Origin: an uncultured Acidobacteriota bacterium
GTDB taxonomy: Bacteria > Acidobacteriota > Vicinamibacteria > Vicinamibacterales > UBA2999
NCBI GenBank assembly: GCA_963734095.1
Contig: CAVTGK010000040.1
Coordinates: 162,492-226,491, forward strand
Length of the DNA stretch: 64,000 nucleotides
Direction: 5' to 3'
Both the position numbers and the translations under genes were made by a program. Under the pieces are notes generated by a model, which worked only from the letters and a program-made list of their open reading frames with translations, was not told the DNA's origin and searched no databases. Below, piece by piece: positions 58,489 through 64,000 of this stretch (its first letter is position 1; each line of letters begins with the position of its first letter).

Positions 58489-59484
58489 ATGATCGAGGTT
58501 CAAAACCTCACAAAGCGATACGGTCCTGTCACCGCCGTGAGCGACGTGTCGTTTCGAGTCGAGGCCGGCGAGATTCTCGGCTTTCTCGGGCCGAACGGTG
58601 CGGGTAAGACGACGACGATGCGCGTCATCACCGGCTACATGCCAGCCACGGACGGCAAGGTCATCGTCGCCGGCTACGATGTGTTCGAGAAGCCGCTCGA
58701 CGCCAAGCGCCGCACTGGCTATCTGCCCGAGACGCCTCCTCTCTATCCGGACATGACCGTCCGGGACTACCTCACCTTCGTCGCCAAGATCAAAGGAGTC
58801 CCGTCGCGCGAAGTCAGGTCACGCGTGGACGAGGCGATGGCCAAAACGCGAGTGGCCGACATGTCGAGCCGGCACTGCGGGAAGCTCTCGAAGGGATACC
58901 GGCAACGCGTCGGCCTTGCACAGGCCCTGCTGCACAACCCCGAAGTGCTGGTGCTGGACGAGCCGACCGCGGGCCTCGATCCCAAGCAGAGAATCGAGAC
59001 ACGACAGCTGATTCGCGACCTCGGTGGCTCACACACGATCGTTCTCAGCACCCACATCCTTCCCGAAGTTTCAGAGACTTGCCAGCGGGTCGTCATCATC
59101 AACAAAGGGCGCGTCGTCGCCGTCGACACACCTGAGAACCTGAACGCCCAGTTGCGCGGGTCGGAAACGATGTACCTGCAAGTGGCGGGACCGTCGGACG
59201 CTGTCCAGAGCGCGCTCCTGGGAGTTGTTGGCGTCAGCCGTGTGAGTGCGACGACCGGCCGCGAGGGCGTGACCGAGGTCGAAGTGGACAGCGAGCGCGG
59301 CCGCGACGTTCGTCGCGAACTGTCCGCGGCCGTGGTCCGCGGTGGGTGGGGCCTGCTGGAGCTGCGACCGATGCGAATGAGCCTCGAGGACATCTACCTG
59401 AGCCTGATGACCGAAGACGATGCGACACGACCGCAGGAGGCGGGCGCAGCCGAGCCGAAGGATCAGGAGGTCGCCAGTGCGTAA
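58489..59484 (+). CDS. ABC transporter ATP-binding protein (ABC-2 / GldA-like subfamily)
   Basis: GPNGAGKTT (Walker A), LSKGYRQRV (signature), LVLDEPTAGLD (Walker B). Confidence 0.9.
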   Translation: MIEVQNLTKRYGPVTAVSDVSFRVEAGEILGFLGPNGAGKTTTMRVITGYMPATDGKVIVAGYDVFEKPLDAKRRTGYLPETPPLYPDMTVRDYLTFVAKIKGVPSREVRSRVDEAMAKTRVADMSSRHCGKLSKGYRQRVGLAQALLHNPEVLVLDEPTAGLDPKQRIETRQLIRDLGGSHTIVLSTHILPEVSETCQRVVIINKGRVVAVDTPENLNAQLRGSETMYLQVAGPSDAVQSALLGVVGVSRVSATTGREGVTEVEVDSERGRDVRRELSAAVVRGGWGLLELRPMRMSLEDIYLSLMTEDDATRPQEAGAAEPKDQEVASA

Positions 59485-60241
59485 CGTGTTGACCATTGCC
59501 GGCAAAGAGCTGCGCGCCTATTTCGCGTCGCCGATCGCGTATGTCGTGATCGGGTTTTTTGCACTGATCTACGGCTACTTCTTCTATGTCCTGCTCGCGT
59601 TCTTCAACCGCCAGAGCATGCAAATGAGCATGGGCATGGGTGGAACGATGAACATCAACCAGATGCTCATCGCGCCAGTGTTGCAGAACGTGACCGTCGT
59701 GCTGCTGTTTCTGTTGCCGATGATTACGATGAGGACCTACTCCGAGGAGAAGCGAACGGGGACGATGGAGCTGCTCCTGACCTCGCCGCTCACGGACATG
59801 CAGATCATCTTCGGAAAGTTTCTGGGCGCGATGGGCCTGTATGCGGCGATGGTCGCGGTGACCCTGATCCACACCAGCCTGCTGTTTCTATACGGCGACC
59901 CGGAGTGGAAACCGGTGCTGACGGCTTATCTCGGCATCCTGCTCATGGGCGGGTGCTTCATCTCGGTGGGCCTGTTGATCTCGAGCATGACCCGCAACCA
60001 GATTGTGGCGGGAACCATCACGTTCGCCGTGTTCCTGGTGCTGTGGGTCATCAACTGGATCGGCTCCTTCGTGGGACCGACCGCGCAGGCAGTGCTCTCG
60101 CACCTGTCGTTGACGGATCACTTCGATGACTTCACGAAGGGCGTCCTCGACACCAAACACATCATCTACTACCTGAGCTTCATCGGCTTCGGACTTTTCC
60201 TGACCGCGAAGGCGGTCGACAGCGAACGGTGGCGAGGCTAA
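59477..60241 (+). CDS. ABC-2 type transporter permease (GldF-like)
   Basis: GTG 59477 is preceded by aggagg (59465-59470). ..IAGKELRAYFASPIAYVVIGFF.., 6 TM helices. Confidence 0.8.
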   Translation: MRNVLTIAGKELRAYFASPIAYVVIGFFALIYGYFFYVLLAFFNRQSMQMSMGMGGTMNINQMLIAPVLQNVTVVLLFLLPMITMRTYSEEKRTGTMELLLTSPLTDMQIIFGKFLGAMGLYAAMVAVTLIHTSLLFLYGDPEWKPVLTAYLGILLMGGCFISVGLLISSMTRNQIVAGTITFAVFLVLWVINWIGSFVGPTAQAVLSHLSLTDHFDDFTKGVLDTKHIIYYLSFIGFGLFLTAKAVDSERWRG

Positions 60242-61821
60242 TGCTGAAGACAATCGTCGGCGTCATCGGGTGGCTCGGCACGGCGCTGGTTTTTGGCGCC
60301 GTCGCTATCCGCTTCCTTCGTCCCGAGTGGATGCAATACGGCGCCTACCTGACTTGGGCGGGTCTGGTCTGCATCTTGATCTACATGATTGGCCAGTGGC
60401 GCGACGTGCTGTCGTTCTATGGCCGCCGCCAGACTCGCTACGGCACCATCTCCATCATCAGCATCCTGGTCGGGCTCGGCATCGTCATCGCGATCAACTA
60501 CCTCTCGAGCCGGCAAAACAAGCGCTGGGACCTGACGGAGAACCAAGCCTTCAGCCTCTCGGATCAGACGAAGAGAGTCCTGTCCGAGCTCGACGCGCCC
60601 GTTCAGTTCACGGTCTATGACCAGGAGACCAACTTCGAACGGTTCCGCGACCGCCTCGACACCTACGACTACGAGTCCGATCGAGTCAACGTCGAGTACG
60701 TCGACATGGACCGGCAACCCGCACGAGCCAAACAAGCAGAGGTTCAGTCGTACGGGACGATCGTGATTTCGTACAAGGATCGGGTGCAGCGCGTCTCCAA
60801 CAGCGAAGAGCAAGAAGTCACGAATGCGTTGATCAAGGTCGTGACTGGCGCCGAGAAGAAGGTGTATTTCACCCAGGGACACGGCGAACGCGACACGACG
60901 GCTTCCGATCGCGGCGGTTACACGAACATCGCCGCAGCGCTTGGGCGCGACAACTTCTCGGTCGCGCCCGTAGTCATCGCGCAGCAGAAAGACGTTCCGG
61001 CCGATGCCACCGTCGTCATCATTGCGGGGCCCAAGACCGATTTTCTCGCGCCAGAAGTGGACGCGTTGCGGCGCTTCGTCGCCAAGGGCGGCAAGGTGAT
61101 GGCGATGCTGGATCCGCCGGACCCAGGGTCGGCCGATCTGGCCAACATCAGAGCCTTCCTGAAAGAGTGGGCGATCGACATTGGTGACGATGTGGTCGTT
61201 GATGCCAGCGGGATGGGCCAGTTGTTCGGCGGTGATGCCTCGGTGCCGGTCGCGGCGTCGTACCCCACGCACCAAATTACCGAAGGGTTCCGCGTGATGA
61301 CGGCGTTTCCGCTCGCACGGTCGGTGCGTCCGGTCGAAGGCGGCGCCGGCGGGCGCACCGCACAGCCACTCGTGGAGACGAGCGCGCAAAGCTGGGCCGA
61401 GACCGACCTCAAGAGCCTGGCATCGGGCAAAGTCGAATTCAACGGCGACCAGGGCGATCGGCAGGGTCCGGTCGCGCTTGGCGCAGCGGTATCGGCTCCC
61501 GCGACCGAAACGCCGACGCCGGCAAGCGGAAATGCAACTCCCGATGCGCCCAAGCCCGAAAGCCGGATCGTCACAACCGGCGACTCCGATTTCGTCGCCA
61601 ACAACGCCATCGGCATTCAGGGCAACCAGGATTTCTTTCTCAACTCGGTCAACTGGCTGGCGCAGCAGGAGAACCTCATTGCCATCCGCCCGCGTGACGC
61701 CCAGGATCGGCGTATTACGCTCACCGCTGATCAGCAGCAGCGGATCATGCTGCTGTCACTGCTCGTTATTCCAGGCTTGGTATTCGCAGCCGGCGGGTAC
61801 ACCTGGTGGCGAAGGCGCTAA
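60241..61821 (+). CDS. GldG-family ABC-transporter auxiliary component
   Basis: N- and C-terminal TM anchors with a large periplasmic ABC_transp_aux-like domain (..RWDLTENQAFSLSDQT..). The start could instead be GTG 60229. Confidence 0.75.
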   Translation: MLKTIVGVIGWLGTALVFGAVAIRFLRPEWMQYGAYLTWAGLVCILIYMIGQWRDVLSFYGRRQTRYGTISIISILVGLGIVIAINYLSSRQNKRWDLTENQAFSLSDQTKRVLSELDAPVQFTVYDQETNFERFRDRLDTYDYESDRVNVEYVDMDRQPARAKQAEVQSYGTIVISYKDRVQRVSNSEEQEVTNALIKVVTGAEKKVYFTQGHGERDTTASDRGGYTNIAAALGRDNFSVAPVVIAQQKDVPADATVVIIAGPKTDFLAPEVDALRRFVAKGGKVMAMLDPPDPGSADLANIRAFLKEWAIDIGDDVVVDASGMGQLFGGDASVPVAASYPTHQITEGFRVMTAFPLARSVRPVEGGAGGRTAQPLVETSAQSWAETDLKSLASGKVEFNGDQGDRQGPVALGAAVSAPATETPTPASGNATPDAPKPESRIVTTGDSDFVANNAIGIQGNQDFFLNSVNWLAQQENLIAIRPRDAQDRRITLTADQQQRIMLLSLLVIPGLVFAAGGYTWWRRR

Positions 61822-61824
61822 CTC

Positions 61825-63231
61825 ATGGGCAGGCTGACCTCGATGATCGCGCTGGTCCTCGTCCTGGCCGGGCTCGGCGCGTACATCTATTTCGTCGACT
61901 CGAAACGGCCAGCAACGAGCGTCGCAGAGAAGGCCAAGGTTTTCACGGTCGAGGCGGACAAGGTCGAGGAAGTCACCATCACCTCGGACAGCGAAACCAG
62001 CACCCTTCGGAAGGTGGACGGCACTTGGCGGATGACCGCGCCCGTTCAGGCGGACGTGGACCAGAGCGAGATCTCCAGCGTGACGAATGCGCTCTCGACG
62101 GTGGAGGTCAATCGTGTCGTCGAAGAGAACGCGAGCAGCCTGGCCGACTACGGGCTTGCCACGCCGCGGATCACGGTGGCGTACAAGGCTGCCGGCGGCA
62201 GCGAAGGCCAGCTCCTGATCGGAGACAAGTCGCCGACGCAGAGCGATGTCTACGCGATGAAGCCGGGCGAGAAGCGGGTGTTCCTGGTCGCTGGCTTCAA
62301 CGAATCGACGTTCGCCAAAAAACCGTTCGACCTGCGAGACAAACGGATCCTCGACTTCGAACGCGACAAAATCGATTCGGTGGAAGTCGTACGCGACGCC
62401 AACACCGTCCTGCTGGCGCGTAGCGGCAGCGAGTGGGTCGTCAAGCAACCGATTCAGGCGCGCGGTGACTACAGCGCGATCGAAGCCCTGATCACAAAAC
62501 TCGCCAGCGGCAGGATGACCCGCCTGGTGGAAGGCGCGGGGTCGACACCGAAGGACGCTGCAGGTCTCGCCAAATACGGGCTCGCCAAGCCGGTCGCGCG
62601 TATCTCGCTCGGAACCGGCAGCGCGCGAGCGACGCTGGCGCTCGGCAAAGAGGAAGAAGGCGCCGTGTACGCTCAGGATCAGGGACGCGGCTTGATCTTC
62701 ACCGTTGACCCAACGTTCATGTCGGATCTCAAGAGCGCGGCCGGCGACTATCGCGACAAGGAAATGTTCGAGACGCGCGGGTTCAACGCTGCCCAGGTGC
62801 GAGTCGTGCGCGGCGCCGAAACGCTCGAGTTCCGAAAGAGCGCCGGCACTGGCGAGAACGCCGGGGAGACGTGGCAGCGCGTGGTGGACGGCAAGCCCGC
62901 CGACGTCGACATGGCCAAGATGGAAGACTTCTTGTCGAGACTGACGGCGTTGCGAGCGCAGTCGTTCGTGGCCGTCTCGCCGAGTACAGGCCTCGCGACG
63001 CCCAGTCTGGTGGTGTCGAGCAGTTACGACAACGGAAAGTTCGAGCGGGTCCGGATCGCGAAGAACGCCGAAGTGTTTGGCGCACGCGACGGCGAACCGG
63101 GGGTGGCCAAGCTGGACACCGCTGCGTACGACGAAGCCATCAAGGCGCTCGAGGCGGTACTCGCGCCACCGGCTCCACCGGCACCGGCACCATCGCCAAG
63201 CCCTAAGGGCCCCGACAGTCCTAAGCCCTAG
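61825..63231 (+). CDS. DUF4340-domain protein (usual partner of GldG-like proteins)
   Basis: 468 aa. N-terminal TM anchor, repeated beta-rich modules and a Pro/Ala-rich tail. Position after the GldG-like gene is typical. Confidence 0.65.
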   Translation: MGRLTSMIALVLVLAGLGAYIYFVDSKRPATSVAEKAKVFTVEADKVEEVTITSDSETSTLRKVDGTWRMTAPVQADVDQSEISSVTNALSTVEVNRVVEENASSLADYGLATPRITVAYKAAGGSEGQLLIGDKSPTQSDVYAMKPGEKRVFLVAGFNESTFAKKPFDLRDKRILDFERDKIDSVEVVRDANTVLLARSGSEWVVKQPIQARGDYSAIEALITKLASGRMTRLVEGAGSTPKDAAGLAKYGLAKPVARISLGTGSARATLALGKEEEGAVYAQDQGRGLIFTVDPTFMSDLKSAAGDYRDKEMFETRGFNAAQVRVVRGAETLEFRKSAGTGENAGETWQRVVDGKPADVDMAKMEDFLSRLTALRAQSFVAVSPSTGLATPSLVVSSSYDNGKFERVRIAKNAEVFGARDGEPGVAKLDTAAYDEAIKALEAVLAPPAPPAPAPSPSPKGPDSPKP

Positions 63232-63285
63232 GCCCTTGGCCTTGGGCCCTAGATCCCTGTGCCCCGTGCCCTGCGCCCTGCGCCC
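63201..63285. repeat. GCCC-type word array with a small palindrome (cctaggccc-ttggcctt-gggccctag)
   Basis: Covers the DUF4340 stop and the proposed GTG start and signal peptide of the next gene. Confidence 0.7.
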
Positions 63286-64000
63286 TTCCTCAGCATCGCG
63301 CTTTCGATCAGTCTGACCGGCTGCGCTTCATCGACCGGATCACTGGCCCCATCACGCGCGAGCCGTCAGATCGACGCTCGTTCACAGCTATCGCAGGATC
63401 TCGGCCGGATCTTTGGCGCCGAAGCGTTCGATCACGCGCATTGGTCGGTCGCGCTCGCGTCGGCCACGTCTGGCGAGACGTTGTATAGCCTTGACGCACG
63501 TCGTTTGATGATTCCCGCGTCCAACCAGAAGGTTCTGACGGCCGCGGCCGCAGCCGAGCGACTGGGGTGGAACTATCGGTTCACCACGCGGGTGCTCGCC
63601 ATGGGTTCGGTCATCGAGGGCACGCTCGACGGCAATCTCATCATCATCGGCAACGGTGATCCGACGATCAACCCTCGTCATCCGGATCGGTGGCGGGCCT
63701 TTGATGACTGGGCGGCCGCCATCAGGGCGAAGGGCATTCTGCATGTCGCAGGAGACGTGATCGGGGACGACAACGCGTTCGCCGAACCTGGCTGGGGCAT
63801 GGGATGGTCGTGGGATGACCTGCCGTTGGGTTACGGGGCCGCCGTCGGTGCATTGCAGTACAACGAAAACCAGGTCGAGGTGGTGGTTGGTCCCGCCATG
63901 ACGGCTGGCGCCCGCGCCATCCTCACGACGTCGCCGTTTGGCAGCGGCATTTTCGTCGAGAACAGCGTCACAACGGCCCCGGCCGGATCCGAAACGAAGA
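63259..64000 (+). CDS. dacB: D-alanyl-D-alanine carboxypeptidase/endopeptidase (PBP4, peptidase S13), 5' partial
   Basis: The frame runs off the window end. It carries a lipoprotein-like signal MPRALRPAPFLSIALSISLTGC from GTG 63259 and ..LMIPASNQKVLT.. (SxxK). The track omits it because it has no stop in the window. Confidence 0.75.
   Translation, partial: MPRALRPAPFLSIALSISLTGCASSTGSLAPSRASRQIDARSQLSQDLGRIFGAEAFDHAHWSVALASATSGETLYSLDARRLMIPASNQKVLTAAAAAERLGWNYRFTTRVLAMGSVIEGTLDGNLIIIGNGDPTINPRHPDRWRAFDDWAAAIRAKGILHVAGDVIGDDNAFAEPGWGMGWSWDDLPLGYGAAVGALQYNENQVEVVVGPAMTAGARAILTTSPFGSGIFVENSVTTAPAGSETK

Overview
GC-rich bacterial chromosomal segment. The gene content suggests Acidobacteriota: CarboxypepD_reg-type TonB-dependent receptors and 'VWFA-related acidobacterial' proteins. 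This assignment is an inference from remembered family signatures, not a search. I count about 56 protein-coding genes, almost all housekeeping. They include:
- kynA-kynU
- two tandem TonB-dependent receptor paralogs
- an orphan atpZ-atpI-atpE trio
- two VWA proteins
- a hemX-like/hemA/hemC/cobA-hemD/hemB/hemL cluster
- uppS-cdsA-dxr-rseP
- truA and pyrE
- a TolC-like protein
- GT2 and GT4 glycosyltransferases
- pyrR-pyrB-pyrC and pyrK-pyrD-pyrF
- pal
- a DUF2723 membrane glycosyltransferase
- a larE-like PP-loop ATPase preceded by a LysW-like zinc ribbon
- a REC-PilZ regulator
- ArsR plus a P1B-type ATPase
- a peroxiredoxin
- an ABC / ABC-2 / GldG-like / DUF4340 set
- the 5' part of a PBP4-type peptidase

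I found no rRNA, tRNA, CRISPR array, transposase, integrase or recognisable defence system.

Two things are not ordinary.
1. Nearly every intergenic gap holds a long imperfect hairpin. Its arms are tandem arrays of a short word that differs from locus to locus. Several partner arms are split, so that they enclose whole genes: a four-helix-bundle (23S-IVS-type) gene, eamA, hemX-like+hemA, and an alpha/beta hydrolase.
2. About a dozen genes between 0.4 and 41.3 kb carry frame disruptions, including essential pyrE and pyrC. The regions 14.0-27.7 kb and 41.3-64 kb have none. That pattern points to consensus/assembly error as much as to biology.

All homology calls come from reading the supplied translations. 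Frameshift positions are approximate (about +/-20 nt).
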